DNA from: Myxococcota bacterium | GTDB taxonomy: Bacteria > Myxococcota > JACRCW01 | Length of the DNA stretch: 36,686 bases | Reading direction: 5' to 3' | Assembly (NCBI GenBank): GCA_040752415.1 | Contig: JBFMGU010000095.1 | Location: forward strand, 1 to 36,686 | Shown here: positions 9,047-17,773 of the stretch, in pieces | Position numbering within the stretch: position 1 is the stretch's first letter | Layout of the letters: the number at the start of each line of letters is the position of its first letter | Notes under the pieces: model-generated | Told to the model about the DNA's origin: nothing | The model's input: only the letters and a program-made list of their open reading frames with translations | Database searches by the model: none | Made by a program: the position numbers and the translations under genes

Positions 9047-9970
9047 TCACATCTCCATGCCGGGACGGGAGGCGAGCTCAGGCTCGGAGGCGCGGAGGTA
9101 CAGCGCCCAGTAGCCGCGGTGCTCCGCGTAGGCCTCCGCCAGACGGCGCGCCTCCGCCAGCTCCAGCGTGCGACCGTACACGAGCGAGGCCGCGCTCAGC
9201 AGGCGCGCCTCCTTGACGTCGAGCCATTCCATGCGCCCCAGCCCACGGATGGCCACGAACGCCGACGACCACGGCCCCAGACCCGGCAGCGCGCGCAGCC
9301 ACTCCAGGACGTGATGCACGTGGCCGTGGCGGAGGAAGGCGTCATCCACGTTGGAGAACGCCTGGGCCAGGCCGTGGATCCAGGCGGCCTTGCGGCGGTG
9401 ACCGAGGATGGCGGTGAGCTCCTCGACGGAGACCGCGGCCACCGTGGCGGGCTCCGGGAAGCCCAGGTGCTCCACGCCCTCGTGCTGCCAACGAACGCCC
9501 AGCCGCTCCATCAGCGTGCACTTCAGCCTGCGCGCCAACGTCATGGGCGTGCGCTGCGTCAACACCGCCCACGCGGCGTTCTCGAACGGGGAGAAGAACT
9601 TGGGCTGGTGGAAGCCATGCCAGCGTCGCACCAGCGGGAAGAACGCGGGGTCGGTGCGCGCCCGACGGTAGAACGGACGCAGGTCGTCGCCCACGCTGAG
9701 CGAGAAGCCAATCCGGTCCACCGCCAACGCGCGGGCCTGCTCGTCGAGCGGGTGGTGGGCGTGCAGCGTGCAGTCCAGCGCCGGCGCCTCGGGTGTGCCG
9801 CGCGCGCTGACCTCGAAGAGCACGGGCTGGCCATGCAGCGCCATGAGCTTGGTGAGCCGCCGCTCGGTGCGCTGCTCTCCCCGGGTGGGCGCGAAGCGAC
9901 CGAGGAAGTGGAGCGTGTGCGAGAAGTCAAAGGGTGCCACGGGAGTGAGGGACGCGGTGACGGTGTGCAT
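9047..9970 (-). CDS. DNA-3-methyladenine glycosylase II (AlkA/HhH-GPD family)
   Basis: SPFENAAWAVLTQ, FPEP and helix-hairpin-helix LPGLGPWS; GGAGG RBS. Confidence 0.88.
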   Translation of the reverse strand: MHTVTASLTPVAPFDFSHTLHFLGRFAPTRGEQRTERRLTKLMALHGQPVLFEVSARGTPEAPALDCTLHAHHPLDEQARALAVDRIGFSLSVGDDLRPFYRRARTDPAFFPLVRRWHGFHQPKFFSPFENAAWAVLTQRTPMTLARRLKCTLMERLGVRWQHEGVEHLGFPEPATVAAVSVEELTAILGHRRKAAWIHGLAQAFSNVDDAFLRHGHVHHVLEWLRALPGLGPWSSAFVAIRGLGRMEWLDVKEARLLSAASLVYGRTLELAEARRLAEAYAEHRGYWALYLRASEPELASRPGMEM

Positions 9971-9993
9971 GACGCCTCCGGAAGATGGGAGGC

Positions 9994-10027
9994 ATCATGA
10001 CGAGGGGGCCTGTCAGCGTTGTGTCAG
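9994..10027 (-). promoter_or_regulatory. CTGACA direct repeat plus TGACAG-N10-CATGAT element, candidate WYL/PafBC-type promoter
   Basis: TGTCAG at 10011-10016 and 10022-10027 on the + strand (11-bp period). On the minus strand a -10-like CATGAT follows 10 nt after TGACAG. Confidence 0.45.
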
Positions 10028-10053
10028 GTTTGTCCGGGTCCCGCGAATGAACG

Positions 10054-13000
10054 TCACGGACAGGCGGGCGCCGTTCCGATCTGCGTGTACGTCTCCAATG
10101 CGCAGCTGGCGGCGCTCACCGTGCCCTGGTTGTCCAGCGTGGAGCCGGTGCGCAGGATCAGGGTGCCGCCGTCGGGGACCTGCACCGTCATGCCGGGCTC
10201 CACCACCAGCGTGGCGGTGTCCACCACCTCCAGCACCCCGGTGATCTCCGCGCTGGTGAGGAAGCGTGAGGTGCCCGCCACGCGCAGGTTGGCCAGGCGC
10301 GAGCCGGTGGCCACCGAGATGTCCTGCGTGGCGCCGGTGCCGTTCATGATGACCTCGTGATCGGCGTGCGGGACGAACGTGTCGCCGAGGTCCAGGTCTC
10401 CCTGCACCTCCAGCGTGCCGTTGGTCTTGGCGCTGTCCGCGTGATTTCCATGCAGCCTGGCGTTGCCCGCCACCACGACGTGATCCTCGGATTCCCGCGT
10501 CTCCAAGCGGCCGCCGTTGTCCGTGGTGAGGTTGCCTGTCACCGTGACCAGGAACCCGCTGGTGTCCAGCACCGAGTTGCCCGTGACGCTCACCGAGCTC
10601 GCCGTCAGCGGCCCGCCCAACACCAGGGCGGCGCTGATGTTGGCGCCGTCGCGCTTGCCATTCATGGACATGGGACCGGTCAGGATCAGCTCGCCGGTGG
10701 TCTGGACGTTGTCGGCCTGCACCTGCAGCTCACGACAGACCAGCCCCGTGCGGATGACCTGGTAGTCCGCGCGCATCTGCAGCTTGTCGACGGTGAACGC
10801 GCCCGCCACGTCGGAGGTGCCGCGCGGCGAGCTGAGGGCCAGCGTGGCCAGGCTGACGCTGCTCTCCGCGTTGGTGGTGAAGGCCCCCATCACGGTGGTG
10901 GTCCTGGCGGCGGAAGAGGTCAGCGTGCAGGTACCGCAATCCACGACGAGGTTCCCGAGCACGTGCACGTTGGACACGAAGTCCACGCCCTGGGGGTTGG
11001 TGATGATGAGGTCCTGGACGCGGTTCTGGTTGGTGCCCTGCGTGATGTCCACGGACTGGCGCAAGGCGGTGCCGCTCAGGATGAGCCGGTGCTGGCCCGA
11101 CGCCACGAAGCCGTTGTCCCCGACGTCGAAGTTGCCCAGCACCTCCAAGGTGCCCTGGCTCGCCTCGCCCGGGCTCTGGAGACCATCCAACGCCACGGAG
11201 CCCAGCACCTTCAGGTAGGCCTGCTCCGACTGCATCACCAGCGCGCCGGAGTAGACGGTCTCCAGCACGTCGCGCACGGTCACCGCACCGACGATGACGG
11301 CTTCCCCGGCCGTGCCCTGGATGCGGAAGGTTCCCACGTTGGTGCCGTCGTGGACCAGCGCACGGCCGTGCAGGATCAGCTCCTGGTACACCACACCCGG
11401 TGCAATCTCGCTGTTCTCTCCCTGCAGCTCCACCACCGGAGAAGTGATGTCCCCTTCCACCAGCGCCGTGCCGCGCGGCCCCTGCAGCACCAGCACCGGC
11501 ACCTGGATGCGACTGCGCGGCACGGTGACGAGGTCACCCTGGACCAGCAGGGTCATGCCGTCCTCACCGTCGACGAGCGTGGGCCCCGCCACGACGAGCG
11601 TCCCGTTGACGCCGATGATTCCCGGCTGCGCGGGCGGCGCGTTGGGATCCGGCAGGTCGGGCGGCTTGACCAGCGTGAGCGCGCTGCCCTCCACGCGCAC
11701 GTGGTTCAACGCACCCTCGTAGAAGCCCATGGTCAGTGTGCGGCTGGCGCCCTTGAAGACGGTGGTGTGCGCGCCGGAGGCCACCAGCGCCTTCCCGGTG
11801 ACGAAGAGGTCTCCGTGGATCTCCAGCGTCCCGGCGGTGAGGTCGCCGGTGGAGTCTCCGCCCACGAGGTTGGTGTTGCCGTGGACCACCAGCGTGTCGG
11901 CGTCCAGGGACATCAGGATCTCGGCGCTGCTGGTGTCCAGGTGACCGGTGACCTCCAGCGTCCACCCCCCGAGCGCGACGCTGCTGTTGGACACCTCCAG
12001 GTTGCCGGTGACGACGGTGGGACCGGCCAGGCTGAGGAAGGAGGCGCGGATGTCCAGGTTGGGGAAGGTGCCCGCCACCGTGGCGTAGTTGTCATTGAGC
12101 ACCACCGTGCCCGCGCCGGTGATGGCGCCCCACGCGTGCGCCTGGTTGCGTACCGTCAGGCTCACCCCGCTGGTCACCTCCAGCGTGGCACCGGGCATCA
12201 CCGTGAGGGTGCCCACGCTGATGGAGGCGTCGCTCAGCACGGGTTGATGCTGCCCATCCGGAATGACGACGGAGGAGACAAAGTTGTTGGGCACCAGGTT
12301 GTTGGACCAGTTGGCCGCCACGCTCCATCCCGTGGGATTGCCGGGGTCACCGCCTTGCCAGGTGTAGTAGGCGTTGGGCGCCGTCACGGGGAGCTGGATG
12401 TCCACGCGTCCCGCCGCGGACTGCAGGCCCTCGTCGTCGATGGCGCGGAAGGCGAAGGAGTCATAGGCCGCGGTGTCATTGGCGGCGAGCACGTAGTCGA
12501 AGCCGCCGGTGGCATTGAGGGACAGCGTGCCGTGGTCGGGCTCATCCACCACCACGTAGGTGAGCGGGTCCCCCTCGGGGTCCAGGGCAATGAGCTGTCC
12601 CTGCAGCGGCGGCGCAGCGTACTGCAGAGCAGCGTTGGTGACGGTGGGCGGGTCATTCACCGCGTTGAACACCAGCGTGATGGTGCCCAGCGTGGAGCCG
12701 CCCTTCTCGTCGGAGAGCAGGTAGCGCAGCGTCCTGGTGCCCACGAAGTTGGCGGGCGGCTGGTACTTCACGCGGTTGCCGATGATGATGTACTCGCGCT
12801 CGCCGGCGCCGGTGACGTCGCGCACCACCAGCGGGTCTCCGTCGGGGTCGCAGTCATTGGCGGTCACATCCACGATGATGGCGGTGTCCTCGTTCCCGTA
12901 GCTGACGTCGTCACGCGCCTGCGGGTCGCTGTTCTCTCCGTCCTGGCGCGGGGGCGGGCACGCGGCATCCGGCGGCGGGCCGGCATCCACCACCACCACC

Positions 13001-13437
13001 GCCGCGTCCTCGTCCCCGGCGTCCCGCGCCCCCGCGTCCGACGACACCGCGGCATCCATCACCGTGGCGTCGGGCATCATCGCGGCGTCGGGCGTCACCG
13101 TGGCATCGGGCATCACCGCGGCGTCGCGGTCCAGGGCGGCGTCAGCGGGTCCCCCGTCGAGCGAGACCGCGCTGTCCGGAGTCGCGGCATCCCGCACGGC
13201 GGCGTCGGGACGGGAAGCAGCGTCGGCCCCCCCGACGACGGAGGCATCCGACCCTTCCTCCGGCGAAGTGCCGGGAACCACGCTGCTGCCAAACACCAGG
13301 CACGTGCCGCTCTGGAGGTCGCACTTCCCGCCGACGGTGAGGCAGTCGGTGTCGGCCTGGCACCGGTACTGCTCGGTGGGGAGGAAGAAGCATCCCGGGA
13401 ACGACAGGGACATCCACACGACGAGCAACCGTCTCAT
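10054..13437 (-). CDS. Large surface lipoprotein/adhesin with Cys-rich N-terminus, DAA-repeat linker, cadherin/Ig-like domains and beta-helix repeats
   Basis: Lipobox-like FPGC, PDAAV/PDATV repeats, NEDT..DVTANDxDPDGDPL and DPEGDPLTY Ig/cadherin-like motifs, WSVAANWS, and three GTLE-x-x-G-[DN] repeats. Confidence 0.8.
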   Translation of the reverse strand: MRRLLVVWMSLSFPGCFFLPTEQYRCQADTDCLTVGGKCDLQSGTCLVFGSSVVPGTSPEEGSDASVVGGADAASRPDAAVRDAATPDSAVSLDGGPADAALDRDAAVMPDATVTPDAAMMPDATVMDAAVSSDAGARDAGDEDAAVVVVDAGPPPDAACPPPRQDGENSDPQARDDVSYGNEDTAIIVDVTANDCDPDGDPLVVRDVTGAGEREYIIIGNRVKYQPPANFVGTRTLRYLLSDEKGGSTLGTITLVFNAVNDPPTVTNAALQYAAPPLQGQLIALDPEGDPLTYVVVDEPDHGTLSLNATGGFDYVLAANDTAAYDSFAFRAIDDEGLQSAAGRVDIQLPVTAPNAYYTWQGGDPGNPTGWSVAANWSNNLVPNNFVSSVVIPDGQHQPVLSDASISVGTLTVMPGATLEVTSGVSLTVRNQAHAWGAITGAGTVVLNDNYATVAGTFPNLDIRASFLSLAGPTVVTGNLEVSNSSVALGGWTLEVTGHLDTSSAEILMSLDADTLVVHGNTNLVGGDSTGDLTAGTLEIHGDLFVTGKALVASGAHTTVFKGASRTLTMGFYEGALNHVRVEGSALTLVKPPDLPDPNAPPAQPGIIGVNGTLVVAGPTLVDGEDGMTLLVQGDLVTVPRSRIQVPVLVLQGPRGTALVEGDITSPVVELQGENSEIAPGVVYQELILHGRALVHDGTNVGTFRIQGTAGEAVIVGAVTVRDVLETVYSGALVMQSEQAYLKVLGSVALDGLQSPGEASQGTLEVLGNFDVGDNGFVASGQHRLILSGTALRQSVDITQGTNQNRVQDLIITNPQGVDFVSNVHVLGNLVVDCGTCTLTSSAARTTTVMGAFTTNAESSVSLATLALSSPRGTSDVAGAFTVDKLQMRADYQVIRTGLVCRELQVQADNVQTTGELILTGPMSMNGKRDGANISAALVLGGPLTASSVSVTGNSVLDTSGFLVTVTGNLTTDNGGRLETRESEDHVVVAGNARLHGNHADSAKTNGTLEVQGDLDLGDTFVPHADHEVIMNGTGATQDISVATGSRLANLRVAGTSRFLTSAEITGVLEVVDTATLVVEPGMTVQVPDGGTLILRTGSTLDNQGTVSAASCALETYTQIGTAPACP

Positions 13438-14300
13438 GACGCCACCACGGATGCGCCGAGCGCCACGGAGAACGCCACCACCATCACCAGCGCCACCACC
13501 GACGAGAGCGCCGCGCCCACGAACGCCACGTCGGAGAGGAACGCTTCATTGGCGGTGAGCTGGTGCTGGCCGCCCGGTTTGTAGCCGCGGGCGAAGTCAT
13601 ACGCGGTCCACGCGCCGACCACCGTCCACAACGCCAAAGCGCCCAACGCGGGCACCGCGGCGACGAGCAGGCCCACGCCACCCACCGCGCGCAGGATGGG
13701 GAGGCGGGACGGGGTGGAGGATTCGGGGGCCGTGGTCGACGTCGTGGCGGGCGCGCCGGGGATGGCGGCCGCGGCCGGCGCGGGAGCGTTCTGCGGCTTG
13801 ATGAAGCCGGAGTCCACCAGCAGCTTGGTGAGGGAGGGGCGGAGCGCGTCGAGCAGCAGCTCCGGGCTCTCACCGCGCACGCGCTCGCTCAGCGTGGCCA
13901 GCACGGTGGAGGTCTTCAGCTCCAACATGCGCATGTTGATGAGATACGAGCTGCCCAGCTTCCCCAGGTTCCCGACGATGAGATGCGAAACCCCCAGCGC
14001 GCCGGCCAGCTCCTGGTCCACCAGCGCGCACTCGTCGGAGGCGCACTTGATGAGGAAGCTCTGCTGCTCCGCGGGCATCAAGGTGGCAATCTCCTGCGGT
14101 CCCACCACCCTGCCGAAGATCCGCGTGTTGCGCACCTCGGTGAGCAGGTTGTCGGTGAGCAGCTCCGCGGCCTGGGGCGGCACACCCAGCTTGGCCTCCA
14201 GCGGCAGGACCGCCAGCGTGGGCGTCTCGGTCTCCGCGCGCGCGTCGGCCAGACCAGCGAGGAAGAACGCCAGGAGCAAGAGCATGCGGAAGCGCATCAT
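13434..14300 (-). CDS. Secreted/membrane protein with TolB-N/CsgG-like alpha/beta domain
   Basis: Signal peptide, LAVLPLEA, C-x3-C, LAGALGV..GNLGKLGSSY.INMR and C-terminal hydrophobic helices. Its stop overlaps the adhesin ATG (ATGA). Confidence 0.72.
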   Translation of the reverse strand: MMRFRMLLLLAFFLAGLADARAETETPTLAVLPLEAKLGVPPQAAELLTDNLLTEVRNTRIFGRVVGPQEIATLMPAEQQSFLIKCASDECALVDQELAGALGVSHLIVGNLGKLGSSYLINMRMLELKTSTVLATLSERVRGESPELLLDALRPSLTKLLVDSGFIKPQNAPAPAAAAIPGAPATTSTTAPESSTPSRLPILRAVGGVGLLVAAVPALGALALWTVVGAWTAYDFARGYKPGGQHQLTANEAFLSDVAFVGAALSSVVALVMVVAFSVALGASVVAS

Positions 14301-14403
14301 TACCCCGTCGTGGAACACCAAACGTTTCCTGTCTACCACAGCCCCGCGCGCGCCCCAGCAGCTTGAGACTCCTTGAGACACCGCTTGTGGTGCGTGATCC
14401 CAC

Positions 14404-15381
14404 GTGCTGGACTTGGCCGCCATGGACTTCCCCGCCGCCATCCATGAAGCGTTGCAGCGCGTGGCGTTCTTCTCGGAGTCCCACGCACTCAAGGGTGTGC
14501 TGGCGGCGCAAAGGCTGCGGGAGCGCCACCCCCAGCTGCGGCGCGACTTCTTTGACGACGCCATGGGCTGGCTGGGGACCCTGGCTTCACCGCGGGTGGC
14601 GGGACTCCTGCACCGCCAGGTGCACTGCGAGCAGGACCTCTCCGAGCGCCGGGAGCGCGCGCTGGTGAGCGCCGGGGTGTTCCCCATGTCGTACCTGGCG
14701 GCGACGCGGTGGGCGCGACGGACCGGGCTGGAGGAGATGGTGGGGTACTACCGTCGCCCCGCCGTGGCGCGCGTGGGCTACCTGGGACACGCGTTCACCA
14801 TCTGGTGCGCGTTCCTGGAGGCGCTGCCGCACATCCATGGCGAGGAGGACACGCTCTTGTTCGCCGAGCGGTTCGCGGAGCTGGTGGCCTCGCAGCTGGT
14901 CAGCAATGACGTGGTGGAGCTGGACGGGAAGGAGCCGCTGGATGGCCCGGAGATCGACGAGGGCGTGGTGCTGGACGCGTGCCTGCGCCGGCCCGGGTTC
15001 TACGCGCACGCGCTCATCACGCTGGCGTACCTGCACCGGCACCGCGCCCTGCTCTCCGACGGGGAATGGCGCTACGCGCTTGCCAGGGTGCGCGGCATGA
15101 CCGCGACCACGCACGGGGAGGCGGCCATGGACCTGGCGGTGCCCGCGCCTCCGTCCCGCGCACCGTACGACGAGACCAGCGCGCTGGACGTGGTGGTGAC
15201 GTTCCTGCGCCGGGGCCCGCGCGAGGTGCACACGCTCACCGTGGCCGACGCGGTGCCCGACCTGTGGCGCGTGGCCGCCCCTGCCCAGCGCGCCCACCTG
15301 CTGGAAGTGCTGCGGGTCCTCACGGCGTGGCAGCCGGAGCGTTCCGCCAGCGGGGAGCGCAAGCTCGTGCCCACCGCCTGA
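14404..15381 (+). CDS. Hypothetical alpha-helical protein with repeated His motifs
   Basis: Long ORF with typical codon bias, divergent from the 14300 gene. The start may be the ATG at 14422. Confidence 0.75.
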   Translation: MLDLAAMDFPAAIHEALQRVAFFSESHALKGVLAAQRLRERHPQLRRDFFDDAMGWLGTLASPRVAGLLHRQVHCEQDLSERRERALVSAGVFPMSYLAATRWARRTGLEEMVGYYRRPAVARVGYLGHAFTIWCAFLEALPHIHGEEDTLLFAERFAELVASQLVSNDVVELDGKEPLDGPEIDEGVVLDACLRRPGFYAHALITLAYLHRHRALLSDGEWRYALARVRGMTATTHGEAAMDLAVPAPPSRAPYDETSALDVVVTFLRRGPREVHTLTVADAVPDLWRVAAPAQRAHLLEVLRVLTAWQPERSASGERKLVPTA

Positions 15382-15558
15382 GCCGTTCCCGGAGCCACGA
15401 CGACGCCAACCGCGCGTTTCCCGCGGGCCCGGTCCGGCGGCGCGACGGAATGGATGACGGGGAGGTGCGGGTGACGTCGGAGCGTGGGTGGTGAGCCCTT
15501 GCCTCACGCGGGCCTGCGCACCTATGCCTGCGCGTCCGTCTGCCGTCGGGAGCTCCGC

Positions 15559-16017
15559 ATGTACCAAGTCCTGCTGCTGCTTCACTCCTGGAACCGCTGG
15601 GCCGTGCTGGTGTTGATGCTGCTGGTGCTGGTGGGGAGCATCCGCAGGTTCAAGGCCACCGGGGCCATGCAGCCCAGGGACCTCAAGCTGGCGCGCATCA
15701 CCGCGGTGGTCGTCGACATCCAGGCGGTGCTGGGACTGCTGCTCTACGGCGTGTTCAGCCCCATCACCAACGCGGCGTTCCAGAACATGAAGGGCGCCAT
15801 GAAGGACCCCGTGATGCGGTTCTGGGCGGTGGAGCACCTGGCCATGATGCTCGTGGCGTGGATCCTGGTGCGCGTGGGCACCATCCTGGCCAAGAAGAGC
15901 AGCACCACGCCCTACCGCACGCTGGCCGTCTGTTTTGGCCTTGCGCTGCTGTTCATGATCCTGATGGTGCCCTGGCCCGGCGCGGTGACGGAGCGGCCGT
16001 TGTTCCGAATGCCATGA
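15559..16017 (+). CDS. Four-TM membrane protein (cytochrome b-like hypothetical family)
   Basis: LHSWNRW, DIQ..LG and VEH motifs, four hydrophobic helices and C-terminal VPWP. Confidence 0.8.
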   Translation: MYQVLLLLHSWNRWAVLVLMLLVLVGSIRRFKATGAMQPRDLKLARITAVVVDIQAVLGLLLYGVFSPITNAAFQNMKGAMKDPVMRFWAVEHLAMMLVAWILVRVGTILAKKSSTTPYRTLAVCFGLALLFMILMVPWPGAVTERPLFRMP

Positions 16018-16037
16018 GGGTGTCGGAGGGTCCCGGA

Positions 16038-16122
16038 AAGGAAGTCAGGAGTCAGAAGTCAGAAGGCGCTGACCGCTCGTCGTCGCGGGGCCGCCTTCTG
16101 ACTTCTGACTTCTGACTTCCTT
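16038..16122. repeat. 31-bp inverted repeat built from GAAGTCA heptamers; probable bidirectional terminator
   Basis: Arms 16038-16068 and 16092-16122 match at 30/31 positions with a 23-nt loop, between convergent genes. Confidence 0.85.
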
Positions 16123-16140
16123 CTCCAGGCGTCCGCCCCC

Positions 16141-17568
16141 TCAGCGCACCGCCTTCGAATAGGGCCGGACCTGCGGCGTCAACGGCCGCACCACCGGCGT
16201 GGCGCTGTACTGGTCAATGAGCCAACGCGGATCATCGGGAGACCAGGTGCGGTACACGCGGGTGGGCGGCTCCTCGTCCACCGGCGGCATCTCGTCGGTA
16301 CCGGGCAGATGGTCGTGGCCGGCAATGGGATCGAAGCTGTTGTCGGTGATGGTCTGGTTCTCGTCGACGCCGCTGGTCAGTCCGAGCTTCACGTTGTCGA
16401 ACAGCGTGTTGTCGGTGGCGGTGTTGCCGTACGCGCCCTCGGTGAACCAGATGCCGTAGCGACGCTGGTGGTGCACCACGTTCCCCTCCAGCAGGTTCCC
16501 GTGGCTGTCCATGTAGATGTGGATGCCGTCGTTGTTGCGGTACACGTCGTTGTTCTTGATGAGGTTGTTGTGGGCGGTGAAGATGGCAATGCCGCTGCCG
16601 CCGTTGTCGAAGGTGCGGTTGTTGTACAGCACGGAATCCGTCACCTCCCAGTGCAGCATGATGCCGTGACGGCCGTTGTGGCTGGAGACGTTGTTGCGGA
16701 TGATCAGGTGATCACAGTTCTTGGAGCAGATGATGCCGTGCGTCCCGTTGTGATGGACGCGGTTGCCGCTGATGAGCAGGTGGTCGGAGTTGTCGTGCGG
16801 GTCAATGCCGTAGACCACGTTGTCCCCGACGTCATTGTTGACCCACTCCATGCATGAGGCGCCCCAGCTGTAGCTGCCCATGTAGTTGTGATGGATCTTG
16901 CTGTTGTGCACCACGCCGTGCACCTCCACCTGGTCAAACACCGGCGAGTTGGTCCCGCTGTCGCCGGTGCCCATCACGCGCCAGGCCAGCCCGTAGGATT
17001 CTCCGTCGTAGAAGCCCAGGTAGCCGATCTCGCTGTCGCGGATGTCCATGCGGGAGGTGCGTGGCTCGTCGTCCTCCAGGAAGGAGCGCACGCCGATGAA
17101 GGCGCGACCATCCTCGTGGTTCGTGTCCGGGCCGCCCAGGCCTTCATCCCAGCTCAGGATGCGGGTGTTGCGGATGTCAATGGAGCCCCACTCCGCGCGG
17201 ATGTAGATGTGCTCCCCGCTGTTGCTGTGCAGCCGCAGCTCGTCGACGTCACCCCCGGCATCCATGCCGTACAGCTTGAGGCGCGCGCCCTCCAGCATCA
17301 CCAGCCGGGCCTTCAGGTACCAGGTGTTGCGCTCCCCCTCGACGGGAGACAACACGCTGTCGGGGACGTCGGCGGCAATCTCAGACAGGGTGCACTCCAC
17401 GTCACCCTTCACCTCAATGGTCCGCGTGGAGTCACGCCAGCGGATGTCATCATCCGTGCAGCGCTCCAGAATGGGTTGGGTTCCGTTGATTTCCTGGCAG
17501 AAGGCGGGAAGCGTGGTGGATTCCGTCAGTCCGGCCACCGTCAACCACGCAATCATCAACGACGTCAT
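16141..17568 (-). CDS. Right-handed parallel beta-helix protein, AlgG (mannuronan C5-epimerase)-like
   Basis: YLGF...YG, YGIDPHD, HGIICS and NGRHGIMLH motifs, Asn-ladder repeats and an N-terminal export signal; GGAGG RBS. Confidence 0.8.
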   Translation of the reverse strand: MTSLMIAWLTVAGLTESTTLPAFCQEINGTQPILERCTDDDIRWRDSTRTIEVKGDVECTLSEIAADVPDSVLSPVEGERNTWYLKARLVMLEGARLKLYGMDAGGDVDELRLHSNSGEHIYIRAEWGSIDIRNTRILSWDEGLGGPDTNHEDGRAFIGVRSFLEDDEPRTSRMDIRDSEIGYLGFYDGESYGLAWRVMGTGDSGTNSPVFDQVEVHGVVHNSKIHHNYMGSYSWGASCMEWVNNDVGDNVVYGIDPHDNSDHLLISGNRVHHNGTHGIICSKNCDHLIIRNNVSSHNGRHGIMLHWEVTDSVLYNNRTFDNGGSGIAIFTAHNNLIKNNDVYRNNDGIHIYMDSHGNLLEGNVVHHQRRYGIWFTEGAYGNTATDNTLFDNVKLGLTSGVDENQTITDNSFDPIAGHDHLPGTDEMPPVDEEPPTRVYRTWSPDDPRWLIDQYSATPVVRPLTPQVRPYSKAVR

Positions 17569-17773
17569 GTTCGGTTCTTCCTCCGCGGCACCTCAGGCAG
17601 GAGCATGTCGTTGGAGGGTCCTCCCCGCCGGTGGAATCGCACAAAGTGCGCCCGGATCCGCACGTGGCTGGTCCTCGTCGTCAGGCACCGGGACAACGGG
17701 AACCGCGGTCGACTGTCAGCCGGGACAACGCGCCGCGCGAGGGGAATGGCGCGGACACGTCGAGGGGATGGCG

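Noticed and set aside
10357..13584. Very long alternative ORFs (also 24391..27525, 30920..33742, 7554..9113, 52..1695)
   Set aside because: They are stop-poor shadow frames typical of high-GC DNA, have no motifs and overlap well-supported genes.
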